From the NCBI GenBank assembly GCA_041648575.1, contig JBAZOT010000003.1:14895-78894 (forward strand): DNA of 64,000 bases, written 5' to 3'. The stretch comes from Patescibacteria group bacterium. GTDB lineage: Bacteria > Patescibacteriota > Patescibacteriia > Veblenbacterales > UBA10138. Under the pieces are notes generated by a model. It was given only the letters and a program-made list of their open reading frames with translations, was not told the origin of the DNA and did not search any database. Shown here one piece after another: positions 37,702-47,789 of the stretch; the first letter of the stretch is position 1; every line of letters begins with the position of its first letter. The position numbers were made by a program, and so were the translations under genes.

Positions 37702-38970
37702 TTATTTTAACCAAGAAACAAATTTTTTAGCCTCTTTAAAAGGCCCAATCATAGCTAAAGTATAACATTTGGGATCAATAATTGCACGCGCCACCCGCTG
37801 TAAATCTAATGCAGTGATTTTTTGAATCCTATTGATTAATTCAGCTGGCAGCTCTAATTTATGCTCCAGTAGTATTTGTCTACCTATCAATTCAGCCACA
37901 CTAGCCGAATCTTCCAATGAGAGTAATAATTTTCCTTTAACAAAATCCTTGGCCTTGGTTATTTCTGTTAATGGAATTTTTTCTATTCGCAGTCGCTCTA
38001 ATTCTTGACGGATTAAAGTTACAGCCCTGGATAACCTGTCTTTATCCAACCCAGCTTGAATAGCCAAAACACCAATACCTTCATAGGCAGATAATGATGC
38101 TCTTATAAAATAACACAAACCTTCTTGCTCTCTTAATCGAGAAAATAAACGCGAACTCATGTTGCCGCCTAGAATCACTGCTAATAATTCAGCAATTAAA
38201 ATGTCGGGGTGACGTAATGATAAAGCCGGTAATCCTAATGATAGCTGTATTTGTTTGGTATCTTTGTATTTTACAACTACCTTTGGCTGCCTAATCTTAA
38301 TAATTTGTTTGCCAAATTTTGGTTTTATACCAACACCAGTATTTTTTCCAAAATATTTATTTATCAACTGAAGTGCCTGTGAATTACTTTTTCCCGATAC
38401 AACTAGTAGCATATTTGAGGGGTGATAATATTTTTTCAAATAATCATGAACCGCTGGCTTGGTTAAAGACCGTACTGATTCTCGCGAACCGCTTATTAAT
38501 CGTCCCAAGGTTTGGCCTTTAAACATTTCGCCCTCAAGTAAATCTTCTACATACAATATTGGATTGTCTTCATACATATTTATTTCCTGAACAATAACTT
38601 CTTTTTCTCGCGCCATTTCTTGTTTATCTATCAATGGCTGCCAAACCAATTCCGATAACACTTTAAGTATAGTTTCAAAATGTTCAGCCGCTGCTTTAAT
38701 ATATAAACCTGTAACCTCTTTACCGGTATAAGCATTAAAATCTGCCCCTAAACCATCAATTAAATGAGTAAGCTCTTTTGAGGTTGGCCAGGTTTTAGTA
38801 CCTTTAAAAACCATGTGCTCTAAAAAATGTGAGACACCTGCTTGATTATTTTTTTCTAGACGCGATCCGGTATGTACCAAAACCAAAACCGTCACCGCTT
38901 CGGTTGAACCAAGATCAGCGATGACTACTGGCAGCTTATTTGCCAAACTATAACGTTTTTTTATTTTCAT
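37702..38970 (-). CDS. M16-family zinc peptidase (insulinase-like)
   Basis: Carries HFLEHMVFKGT (inverted zinc motif HxxEH). 422 aa. Confidence 0.8.
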   Translation of the reverse strand: MKIKKRYSLANKLPVVIADLGSTEAVTVLVLVHTGSRLEKNNQAGVSHFLEHMVFKGTKTWPTSKELTHLIDGLGADFNAYTGKEVTGLYIKAAAEHFETILKVLSELVWQPLIDKQEMAREKEVIVQEINMYEDNPILYVEDLLEGEMFKGQTLGRLISGSRESVRSLTKPAVHDYLKKYYHPSNMLLVVSGKSNSQALQLINKYFGKNTGVGIKPKFGKQIIKIRQPKVVVKYKDTKQIQLSLGLPALSLRHPDILIAELLAVILGGNMSSRLFSRLREQEGLCYFIRASLSAYEGIGVLAIQAGLDKDRLSRAVTLIRQELERLRIEKIPLTEITKAKDFVKGKLLLSLEDSASVAELIGRQILLEHKLELPAELINRIQKITALDLQRVARAIIDPKCYTLAMIGPFKEAKKFVSWLK

Positions 38971-40392
38971 TTAAATAAAAGAATATTTTTCATTAAAGTA
39001 GCCTAACAGGTCGCTAATTACCACCCGCTCCTGCTTCATGGTGTCGCGATCGCGTACCGTTACTTTATTGTCGGTTAAACTTTCAAAGTCAACCGTGACA
39101 CAATAAGGCGTACCAATTTCATCTTGCCGGCGATAACGACGCCCGATAGAGGATATTTCATCGTAATCAACCATAAAACTAGAGGATAAAACCTGCCAGA
39201 TTGATTGAGCAACTTTACTAAGTTCTGGTTTTTTGGAAAGTGGTAAAACTGCAGCCTTATAAGGCGCTAAGTCTTTATGAAGTTTAAGTACTACTTCGGT
39301 CTCTTTGGTAGATTCAGTAGTAGTAGTACGCCCGCCCTCAATTTCAGTATAAGCGTCAACTAAAAACGCTAAAGTTGCCCGATCAGCCCCACCCGAAGTT
39401 TCAATTACCCAAGGAGTATATTTCTCACCTGTTTCTGTATTATGATATTTTAATTCCTTGCCGGAAAATTTCTCATGTCGTGAAAGGTCCCAATCGCCCC
39501 GATTATGAACTCCTTCTAATTCCTTAAATTCCGCATCGCCAGCAAAAGGAAATCTATAATCAATATCTACAGCGCGTTTGGCATAATGAGCTAACTCATC
39601 CTTTTTGTGTTCTCGAATATTAAGGTGCTCTGATTTAATGCCATAAGCCTTATACCACTCTTGTCTTTGTTTTAACCAATACTCAAACCACTTATCAGCG
39701 TCTTTAGAATTTATAAACCACTGCATTTCCATTTGTTCAAACTCCCGCGTACGAAAGATAAAATTTCCTGGCGTGATTTCATTGCGAAAAGCCTTGCCAA
39801 TTTGAGCAATACCAAAAGGAATTTTCTGTCGCGTGGTATTAACCACGCTATCATAATCAACATAAATACCCTGAGCTGTTTCTGGCCGCAAATAAAGCTG
39901 CGCTGCATCTCCCTCCACTGGACCCATAAAAGTCTTGAACATTAAATTAAAATCGCGTTTACCAGTTAATTCTCCATTGCATTCAGGACATTTTAATTCA
40001 CTAACGTCGCGTGGTATTTCTTTATCCCATTTAGGATAAAGGCTACGGAAATCTTCTAATAAATGATCAGCGCGAAACCTTTTTTTACATGATTTACAAT
40101 CCACCAGTGGGTCGGTAAAACTTTGAATATGACCCGATGCCTCCCAAACCTTGGGGTGCATTAAAATTGCTGAATCTAACCCCACAATATCCTGATGTTG
40201 TTGCACCATCGTTTTCCACCAAGCTTTTTTAATATTGTTTTTCAGCTCCACCCCCAGCGGCCCGTAATCATAACAAGAATTAAGCCCGCCATAAATTTCT
40301 GATGAAGGAAAAATAAATCCCCGCCTTTTTGCGAGGCTGACAATTTTCTCCATTTTATCTTGAACTGAAGATGTTTTATTGACTTTAACCAT
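38971..40392 (-). CDS. glyQS: glycine--tRNA ligase (homodimeric type)
   Basis: 473 aa with RGFIFPSSEIYGGL, FRNEITPGNFIFRTREFEQMEMQ and a C-terminal anticodon-binding domain. Confidence 0.95.
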   Translation of the reverse strand: MVKVNKTSSVQDKMEKIVSLAKRRGFIFPSSEIYGGLNSCYDYGPLGVELKNNIKKAWWKTMVQQHQDIVGLDSAILMHPKVWEASGHIQSFTDPLVDCKSCKKRFRADHLLEDFRSLYPKWDKEIPRDVSELKCPECNGELTGKRDFNLMFKTFMGPVEGDAAQLYLRPETAQGIYVDYDSVVNTTRQKIPFGIAQIGKAFRNEITPGNFIFRTREFEQMEMQWFINSKDADKWFEYWLKQRQEWYKAYGIKSEHLNIREHKKDELAHYAKRAVDIDYRFPFAGDAEFKELEGVHNRGDWDLSRHEKFSGKELKYHNTETGEKYTPWVIETSGGADRATLAFLVDAYTEIEGGRTTTTESTKETEVVLKLHKDLAPYKAAVLPLSKKPELSKVAQSIWQVLSSSFMVDYDEISSIGRRYRRQDEIGTPYCVTVDFESLTDNKVTVRDRDTMKQERVVISDLLGYFNEKYSFI

Positions 40393-40476
40393 AGTGTCTT
40401 TACTTTAATAAATTTTATGGTTTTTGGCAAATAAAAAACTCTTTAACAATATATGACAATTGCCCATTATCTATTA

Positions 40477-41445
40477 TTACTCAATTAACTTCTTAAACTT
40501 TTCCACCATTGGCACTTGTTCTGCTTCTACTCCATAAGATTGTGCTAAATAATATGCTGTCCAGTCTGCTAACAATAACGAGGAAAATACCTTTTGTAAG
40601 TGTGAATCACCTTGTAATTTAATTATTTTAACAGGAAACTTTCTATCTTTATATAACTTTTCTAATACTTCCATTCTGGTTTGAATACGTTCATTATCAT
40701 CATCATCTAGTAAAAAAATAAAAAAATACTTTTTGGATAAAGCACGTGTAGAGCCAACCGCATCAAAACCCGTCATCTCATTATGATTCATTTCCGGCAA
40801 AATATTATAAAAAGCAGGAATTTTTCCTGTCTCATTTAATTTTATTTTCCAGCTATAAGCAATTATTTGATTACGAAATGAACTGTAAATAACTGGCACA
40901 TATTCATGGAGTGTTTGTGCCAATTCTTTTCCTACTGGTTCCAACGCTTCGGGATTAAGCAAACGCAACAATGAATTGGATTGTTTAATTAACTGATCTT
41001 CACCCATTGCTTTCAATATCGCTCGGTAATTAAAACCTAATGCCATGCGCGGTTGAATGCCGGTGTTGGGAATGATAATTCTAGGAACTTTGTATTCCTC
41101 AGCTAATTCATGCAACTTGCCATTAATAGATATTGCCAAACGCTGGTATTTTAATTGTCCAGCGCAATTAAAACCGTCCAACGGCTCTTCCGTATTTCCA
41201 GAGTAAGATACAAATATAGTTAGGGTTTTTGACTGTTTATTTTTAGGAATAAAAGGCAACCCGTAATCAGGATGGGTGACGAGTGGTAATTCGGGATTTA
41301 AGGACTTTACTAAATTAGCAGCCAACAGTGACCCCCCAATACCACAGGCCACAAAATTGTTAAAATTTTTGGTATTACAAACAGGATCTATTCGCGGATT
41401 AAACAAAAACTGTTTGGGAAAATTTAAAATAGCTTCGCGCATCAT
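40477..41445 (-). CDS. bifunctional phosphoglucose/phosphomannose isomerase (SIS domain)
   Basis: Carries FVSYSGNTEE and LPEMNHNEMTGF, motifs of the PGI/PMI family. Confidence 0.75.
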   Translation of the reverse strand: MMREAILNFPKQFLFNPRIDPVCNTKNFNNFVACGIGGSLLAANLVKSLNPELPLVTHPDYGLPFIPKNKQSKTLTIFVSYSGNTEEPLDGFNCAGQLKYQRLAISINGKLHELAEEYKVPRIIIPNTGIQPRMALGFNYRAILKAMGEDQLIKQSNSLLRLLNPEALEPVGKELAQTLHEYVPVIYSSFRNQIIAYSWKIKLNETGKIPAFYNILPEMNHNEMTGFDAVGSTRALSKKYFFIFLLDDDDNERIQTRMEVLEKLYKDRKFPVKIIKLQGDSHLQKVFSSLLLADWTAYYLAQSYGVEAEQVPMVEKFKKLIE

Positions 41446-41449
41446 AAAT

Positions 41450-42358
41450 TTATGAATTAAAAATATTATAAAAATAATGATATTGGTCTGCGATGCTATC
41501 TATTGCTTGCTGGTCAGTAAGTTTATTATTCAAATATTGCTTTAATGATTCTAAAAAAATAGTACGACCAATGGCAAAACCAATAACGCCAGTGATCCCC
41601 TTACCAGCCATTAGCCACCTTTCCATATTTTGCGGATTTTCTCCCCTACCTAAAATAATTAAATTAACATTATCCCGTCCACCAGCTTTAATTTGTTTAA
41701 TCGTTGTTTGATAATGATCTGATTTAGTCATGCCCTCAATTTTCCAAACATCTGGCTCTACTCCAGCAGTTTGTAATTCAGCTATCATTTTTACTACCAA
41801 AGAAGGGCGAATTTCTTGATCATATTTATTAATATCACCAGCTTGTGCTAATTGTTCCGCTGTTGCCGGCACTAAAGTTTCAATTAAAAATTTATAACCG
41901 CTCTTATGGCACCAATCACTAAACTCTTTTAATTTTTTTTGCTGCCGCAAATTTGATTCTTGATCACCCCGCGGATTGTAGCGAATTAAAGCTTTAATAA
42001 AAGTTGGCTGATATTTTTCTATATGTTGATCAAATTCCTTACCGTATTCTAGAGTAAATTCTGTTTGTCCACTTTTTTCTACTGACAAACAAACTAAATA
42101 ACCAGCGTGCTTAGCTTCGTGTAATATTTTATCGCAAAACTGTTCATCTACCAAAATCGCAGCTCGTTCTTTCGGCACTAAATTACTTTCTATCGCTTTA
42201 ACAAAACCCTGATAAATTAGATGTTTTAAATCACAAATCTTATGTGAATCTTCATTACCTAACTCACCACTAATATGCAGTAAATCACGAATAAACGAAG
42301 ACCGATGGTCAAAAGCCAAGATAAACAAGGGTTTAGTATAACCTAAATTTGCTACCAT
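41450..42358 (-). CDS. DUF2090-type class I aldolase-like TIM-barrel protein
   Basis: N-terminal PLFILAFDHRSSF and WKIEG, as in DUF2090/LacD-like aldolase domains. Adjacent to PGI/PMI. Family assigned from memory. Confidence 0.55.
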   Translation of the reverse strand: MVANLGYTKPLFILAFDHRSSFIRDLLHISGELGNEDSHKICDLKHLIYQGFVKAIESNLVPKERAAILVDEQFCDKILHEAKHAGYLVCLSVEKSGQTEFTLEYGKEFDQHIEKYQPTFIKALIRYNPRGDQESNLRQQKKLKEFSDWCHKSGYKFLIETLVPATAEQLAQAGDINKYDQEIRPSLVVKMIAELQTAGVEPDVWKIEGMTKSDHYQTTIKQIKAGGRDNVNLIILGRGENPQNMERWLMAGKGITGVIGFAIGRTIFLESLKQYLNNKLTDQQAIDSIADQYHYFYNIFNS

Positions 42359-42411
42359 AGTTAAAGTTTACCAAGTTTTACTGATAAATTAAACCCGCCG
42401 TTACCTTGTAT

Positions 42412-43095
42412 CTATTGTTCTTTAAATTCATCCAAGCAAGTTTCCAAATCTGGGGTTTTGGTCCAACCACATTGGTTATCTTCCTGGCGCTCGCAAACCG
42501 CCCGAGTATAACACACGTATTCGGGTTTAAAGTCGCAAGTCGTAATAACTTCTTCATCAGCGCAAATCTGTTTACTACAACCAGTTATAATACACGGTTT
42601 GGTGAGTAGTTGATTATCTTCACCAAATAATACCGGGATATTAATTTGTGCGTCGTACTCTGGTAAACCAGAAGGATTGTCTTTTTGTAAAACCAAAACC
42701 CCAGCATCGCTAGATGGTTTGGTAAAAGTTAAACTGGCAACAAATGGCACAAAATTTTCTGTCATCCAATCACTTTGCGCTTGGGCAATACCTTGGGCTA
42801 ATATATTTCCTTGGTCATCTAAAAGTCTAATCGGAAACGATGCTTCAAAAAACCAGGTTCCGCGCGCCTCTCCAGTAACTTGTAACGGACTGGCTACTAA
42901 CTGCTGCTTCTGCGGTTTAACAACTTTAATTAAATTCTCAACTTCTTGATCAACATCAACTGGACTATTGTTAACTATAGGCGAATTATTATTTAAGTTA
43001 TCACTGGTCTCAAACTGCTGCCAAATTATAAATCCCATCCAACCCAAAGCTAAAATGATTACCAGACTGATTATTATTCTTATAATTTTAGTCAT
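42412..43095 (-). CDS. Gmad2 Ig-like domain protein with a Cys-rich C-terminal module
   Basis: N-terminal TM helix, then LQVTGEARGTWFFEASFPIRLLDDQGNILAQG...FVPFVASLTF, and a C-terminus with 8 Cys. Confidence 0.6.
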   Translation of the reverse strand: MTKIIRIIISLVIILALGWMGFIIWQQFETSDNLNNNSPIVNNSPVDVDQEVENLIKVVKPQKQQLVASPLQVTGEARGTWFFEASFPIRLLDDQGNILAQGIAQAQSDWMTENFVPFVASLTFTKPSSDAGVLVLQKDNPSGLPEYDAQINIPVLFGEDNQLLTKPCIITGCSKQICADEEVITTCDFKPEYVCYTRAVCERQEDNQCGWTKTPDLETCLDEFKEQ

Positions 43096-43103
43096 AGATT
43101 TTG

Positions 43104-43592
43104 TTATGGTTGTAAAATATCTTCAGTACGTCCGTCAATAGAAATTATAACTTGTTTAAGTTCTGGAAATTGTTGCAGAGTGCTAATAATTTGCTGACGA
43201 ATATTGGTCACTCGGCAAGAACCGCCGACTTGATACTCTAACTGTTGATTAAAATCAACGCGTACTACACACTGTTCAATGATAAAATTTTGAATAACTA
43301 CTCCTTGATTAATACTAGTAAAATAACCTTGTTCTTTCTCGTCATCGGTTGGACCAATTAGTAGACTTTCCAGGACTACTTGCTCTTTATTAATAATGGA
43401 TACCTGCCTTAAAACTGGAAAAACCTTAGTACAGTCTAGTGCTTGTGGATCAAGCTTGCTATTGCCAAAAAATAATTCCACTGTATTCATTTGCTCTAGT
43501 GGCGCTTTGGCTTCTTGAATAGTTAATATAAAAAATATTAATGCTATGATTAAAAACAGTACAATAATCAACAATACATAACGGCGGGTCAT
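43104..43592 (-). CDS. GerMN-domain envelope protein
   Basis: N-terminal TM helix, then LLIGPTDDEKEQGYFTSI, VRVDFNQQ and QIISTLQQFPELKQVIISIDG. Confidence 0.6.
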   Translation of the reverse strand: MTRRYVLLIIVLFLIIALIFFILTIQEAKAPLEQMNTVELFFGNSKLDPQALDCTKVFPVLRQVSIINKEQVVLESLLIGPTDDEKEQGYFTSINQGVVIQNFIIEQCVVRVDFNQQLEYQVGGSCRVTNIRQQIISTLQQFPELKQVIISIDGRTEDILQP

Positions 43593-43598
43593 AAAATA

Positions 43599-44177
43599 TT
43601 AATTGATTTCTAATAATTCAATTTCAAAAATAAGTGTGGCTTTGGCGGGTATCGCTCCATTGCCCACGCCTTGATCACCATAAGCAAGGTTAGAGGGAAT
43701 AATCAATTTGCGCTGTTCGCCTGGCTTCATTCCCACTAATCCCTGATCCCAACCCTTAATAACTTGCCCCTCGCCAAGGGAAAACACAAATGGTTCACCA
43801 CGATCCCGACTGGAATCAAATTTTGTACCATTGGTAAGCCAACCGGTATAGTGGACTGCTAGCTCGTCGCCTGTTACTGCTTCGCGCCCCTGGCCTGGTT
43901 TAATTATTTCAATTAACAAATTATCTGACTGACTAGTAGCAGTATTAGTTGGTAAATTTGTTCCTGTATTTCCAGATGATTCTTCGGTTGTTTTTAAACT
44001 ATCCCTAAATTCAATGGCCTGCTCATTGTTATTATTAATAATTTCCATATCATTATTCTTAAAAAAAATAAAATAAATTCCAATCAAAACTGCTAAACCA
44101 ACTAAAGTGCCAATAATTATGCCAATTGTCTGACTGGTATAAGTACGCTCACTTCTATTAGATAAATCTAGATACAT
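43599..44177 (-). CDS. membrane-anchored FKBP-type peptidyl-prolyl isomerase
   Basis: Matches [60 protein letters not shown]. Confidence 0.85.
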   Translation of the reverse strand: MYLDLSNRSERTYTSQTIGIIIGTLVGLAVLIGIYFIFFKNNDMEIINNNNEQAIEFRDSLKTTEESSGNTGTNLPTNTATSQSDNLLIEIIKPGQGREAVTGDELAVHYTGWLTNGTKFDSSRDRGEPFVFSLGEGQVIKGWDQGLVGMKPGEQRKLIIPSNLAYGDQGVGNGAIPAKATLIFEIELLEIN

Positions 44178-44201
44178 AAGATGAAACTATTTTAATATTT
44201 A

Positions 44202-44816
44202 CTACTTTACATTCTGGTTATTAAATCGCCGATTAATGATTTCTATTTGTTGCTTTAATAAATTATCATCAGTTACCAGTTTTATTTTCTCTTGTTTAAG
44301 AGCAGGTGGTAATTTATCAAATTTCTCTACTATATTTTTGATGGTAACTAACTGTTCGTGATTATAACTCTGCTCATTAATTTTACTTTGCTTGTTAATA
44401 TAAGGCCAGATTTCCTCTAATGCTTCGTGTTCAGCAATAATTCTAGTTAAGGTTTTCTCCCGACTAGTGGCTAATTGGTAATGTTTTTGATCATACCATG
44501 ATACGCTAATGCCTTGCTTATATAACAACTCTCCCAGTTGAACTAAATAAGAGGCTACATTATGACTTTCTTTTAAATCATGCGAACGCTGTTGGTCTTG
44601 ATCATCTAGTAAAATGCTAAATTCCCATTCTAATTGATGTAACATACTAGTGCATAAACCCTCCATAACTGCATGATACTGCGATTTTTCAAATTTTTCA
44701 GTAATATTATTTTCAAAATCACCCAAACGATCAATGATTTTTTCATCAAAATTAGATAATTGTTCTGTAACTAATTCTGGATTTTTTTCACTGGTGGTTA
44801 ATGTCTCGCGAAACAT
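44202..44816 (-). CDS. hypothetical cytoplasmic protein
   Basis: 204-aa acidic helical ORF lying 3 nt downstream of the Clp-like gene. Confidence 0.5.
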   Translation of the reverse strand: MFRETLTTSEKNPELVTEQLSNFDEKIIDRLGDFENNITEKFEKSQYHAVMEGLCTSMLHQLEWEFSILLDDQDQQRSHDLKESHNVASYLVQLGELLYKQGISVSWYDQKHYQLATSREKTLTRIIAEHEALEEIWPYINKQSKINEQSYNHEQLVTIKNIVEKFDKLPPALKQEKIKLVTDDNLLKQQIEIINRRFNNQNVK

Positions 44817-44819
44817 AAA

Positions 44820-47393
44820 TTATAATTTACTGGCTTTTTCTACCCTCACCACGCTCCCCGGCTCTAGCACTACCACATCTCTACGGGTCAATTTACCAGT
44901 TAATAAATAATTTGCCAAAGCATTATCAACTTTATCTTGAATTACCCGTTGCAAAGGTCGTGCTCCGTATAATGGATCAAATCCTTCGCGTGCTAATTCT
45001 TCAATTGCCGTTGCTGAAGCTTGCAAAGTTATTCCTTTGGTTAATAAATTTCGCGCCAATTTATCTAGCAATAATTTAGTTATAGCAATTACGTTTTGAA
45101 AATCTAACGGTTTAAAAACTACCACGCCATCAAATCTATTAATCAATTCCGGTCTAAAATACTGTTTTAATTCATTTTGTAATAAGTATTGATGAATTTG
45201 TATAATGGTCTTGCCTTGACGCATGCTGTCCTGAATAAATTGCGTGCCAGCATTAGAAGTGGCAATGATAATCGTGTTAGTGAAATCAACAGTTCGTCCA
45301 GTTGAATCAGTTAACCGACCGTCATCGAATAACTGTAAAAAGACATTTAAAATATCAGGATGAGACTTTTCAAATTCATCAAGTAAAATTAAAGCGTAGG
45401 GAGCTTGCCTTACTGCTTCGGTTAAGTAACCAGCTTCCCGACCCATCCCTGGCGGCGCGCCTATTAGTCGATAAATGCTCTCGGCAGTTTGATATTCTGA
45501 CATATCCAAACGAATCATCTTGTTTTCGCCGCCAAAATATTCAGCTGCCACGGTTTTTGCTAATTCTGTTTTACCAACACCTGTCGGGCCTAAAAATAAA
45601 AAAGTGGCAATTGGCCGTGATGCTGTCCGTAACTCAACGCGTGCCCGCCTTAAAGCTGCTGCCACCAACCGCACAGCTTCGTCTTGGCCAATAATGCGCT
45701 GATGTAAAATATCCTCCAAATTAAGCAACCTTTCGCCCTCGGCCTTGCTGATTTTGGTAACTGGCACATTTACTTTTCCCGACACCAGTTGAGCAATATC
45801 TTCAGCGGTAATAGTTGTATTCTCTTTATTTTTTTGCCTGACAAATACTGCAGCTTCTTCACAAATCTTAATGGCTTTCTCTGGTAAAAAACGATCAGGA
45901 ATAAAACGCCGTGATAAATCCACCGCTTGTGCTAAGGCCCCATAAGAAAAATAAACTTTATGCTGATATTCAAGCTGCCCCACTGTTGCCTCTAAAATTT
46001 GTATGGCCACATCGTTTGTTGGCTCTTCTATTTTTACTTTTTCCAAAGCATTACCCAAAGAAGTACGATCCAAATAACTGCGCTGGTCGCTGGGGGTAGT
46101 AGACGCTAAAGTAATAATCCCTGACTTACCAATAAAATTGGCGATCATTTCTGACACATCTAAATTTTCCTTGCCACCAGTACTTTGACCCACTAAATTA
46201 TGAATGTCATCAATATATAAAATAATATTGCTAGCTCGCGATATCTCATTCATGATTTGCAGTAACTTATGTTCAACTTCATTAGCATTGTTAGCGCCGC
46301 CAACTAATGCGGGTACTGATAACTGAATCAATTTTTTGTCTTTCATTGTCTCTGGTACTTCTTCGGCCACCATAGCTTGGGCAATACCCTCGACAATTGC
46401 TGTTTTACCGACGCCCGATTCACCAACTAAAACCACGCTGGAATGACCACCTTCAATAATGCGGAAAATTTCCTGAATTTCCTTATCGCGTCCAATACAA
46501 GGCTTCAGATATCCATGAGCTGCCAAATAGGTTAATTCATGACTAATTTGATCTAATAAAGGCGTAGCTACGGCTAAATAGGCTCGATCTAAAGCATGGC
46601 GCGGGCGCCAGGCTGCTTTTCGCGCACGACGCGATACTTCTTGCCGTAAACGGCGCCTAACAGCAAACCAAATAGTAATATTTTCTATCATCACTGGTTC
46701 AATAGCCAACTCATCTAAAACTTCCCGCGCTAAAGATTCATTTTTAGCTATGGCTAAAAGCATTTCTCCAACTTCAACTTGCTGACTTCGCTGGACTAAA
46801 GCCAATTCAGTCGCCTTAACAAAAATTCCTTGCACTGAATTGCTTAATTGTGGATTAGTACCAGTGGTTACTTTAGTCAACGCGTTTGATAAAGTATTAA
46901 ATAACTTATCTGGATCAACACCTAATCTGGAAAAAACCGCTTGTCCACTTCTGGTTTTTAAAGAGGCAGCCAATAAATGAATTTCCTTAATTTCATTATG
47001 CGAAAATTTATGGGCATATCGAAACGCCTCTTCCAGTAACTGCCAAACTTCGGGTGACAAATAATTCTCAACTTTAATAGCTTGATCTTTAGCGTCAATT
47101 AAAATTTTATGAGCAGTCCGTTCCTGTTCTAAGCGATAAAAAGTATAACCAAAAAAGAAAACTGCCAACCAAAATAATCGATGTAGCTCGGCTGGCGGCA
47201 TAATTGACTCCCACCAAAATCCTCCTTGTTCAATAAATAAAAATAATCGCCAGAAATAAAATACCAAAAAAATTATCGCTAACAACAATGAACAACCACC
47301 CACTAAGCGATACATTAACTGGCGAAATTTGCGCGCCAATAACGACGGTAAAGTTGGTTTTATTGTCCAGGCAATGACCGACATTTTAAACAA
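44820..47393 (-). CDS. ClpC/ClpB-like double AAA+ ATPase with N-terminal transmembrane helices
   Basis: Two hydrophobic helices lie in residues about 30-95, followed by Clp_N-like repeats. Also present are GESGVGKTA and GPTGVGKTE Walker A motifs, and sensor GARPLQRVI. No long M-domain is evident. Confidence 0.85.
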   Translation of the reverse strand: MFKMSVIAWTIKPTLPSLLARKFRQLMYRLVGGCSLLLAIIFLVFYFWRLFLFIEQGGFWWESIMPPAELHRLFWLAVFFFGYTFYRLEQERTAHKILIDAKDQAIKVENYLSPEVWQLLEEAFRYAHKFSHNEIKEIHLLAASLKTRSGQAVFSRLGVDPDKLFNTLSNALTKVTTGTNPQLSNSVQGIFVKATELALVQRSQQVEVGEMLLAIAKNESLAREVLDELAIEPVMIENITIWFAVRRRLRQEVSRRARKAAWRPRHALDRAYLAVATPLLDQISHELTYLAAHGYLKPCIGRDKEIQEIFRIIEGGHSSVVLVGESGVGKTAIVEGIAQAMVAEEVPETMKDKKLIQLSVPALVGGANNANEVEHKLLQIMNEISRASNIILYIDDIHNLVGQSTGGKENLDVSEMIANFIGKSGIITLASTTPSDQRSYLDRTSLGNALEKVKIEEPTNDVAIQILEATVGQLEYQHKVYFSYGALAQAVDLSRRFIPDRFLPEKAIKICEEAAVFVRQKNKENTTITAEDIAQLVSGKVNVPVTKISKAEGERLLNLEDILHQRIIGQDEAVRLVAAALRRARVELRTASRPIATFLFLGPTGVGKTELAKTVAAEYFGGENKMIRLDMSEYQTAESIYRLIGAPPGMGREAGYLTEAVRQAPYALILLDEFEKSHPDILNVFLQLFDDGRLTDSTGRTVDFTNTIIIATSNAGTQFIQDSMRQGKTIIQIHQYLLQNELKQYFRPELINRFDGVVVFKPLDFQNVIAITKLLLDKLARNLLTKGITLQASATAIEELAREGFDPLYGARPLQRVIQDKVDNALANYLLTGKLTRRDVVVLEPGSVVRVEKASKL

Positions 47394-47736
47394 AAATTAA
47401 AATTAATGACACTGGTAACAATGCCAGCCAAATTAAAAAAATCGCCGTGTACCACAACACCCAAAAAACCAAACGAATAAATTTATAGATCACCAAAACC
47501 GTGCGCATCAATAAACTAATGGCGCGCCCCGAAATGGTGTAATCGCCATACATTGGCTTAAAAAAGTATTTTAAAAATAACCCCAGAGCCAACCGTTCCC
47601 AGGTATTATGAAGACTTTCTAAGCAATACTGGCCAACCATTTTTAACCCACCAGTATACCACCACCAAGGGAACCGCCACAGGTCGCCAATAACATTTAA
47701 AGCTAATTTACTAACTTCTTCCCGCGCATATGTCAT
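47386..47736 (-). CDS. hypothetical membrane protein
   Basis: 116 aa with WRFPWWWYTGG and 2 C-terminal TM helices. Overlaps the Clp-like gene by 8 nt. Confidence 0.5.
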   Translation of the reverse strand: MTYAREEVSKLALNVIGDLWRFPWWWYTGGLKMVGQYCLESLHNTWERLALGLFLKYFFKPMYGDYTISGRAISLLMRTVLVIYKFIRLVFWVLWYTAIFLIWLALLPVSLILIFV

Positions 47737-47789
47737 ACGCTTATATTATACTTTATTTTATGCAGGGAGAAAAGAAAATATCTTTGCTT

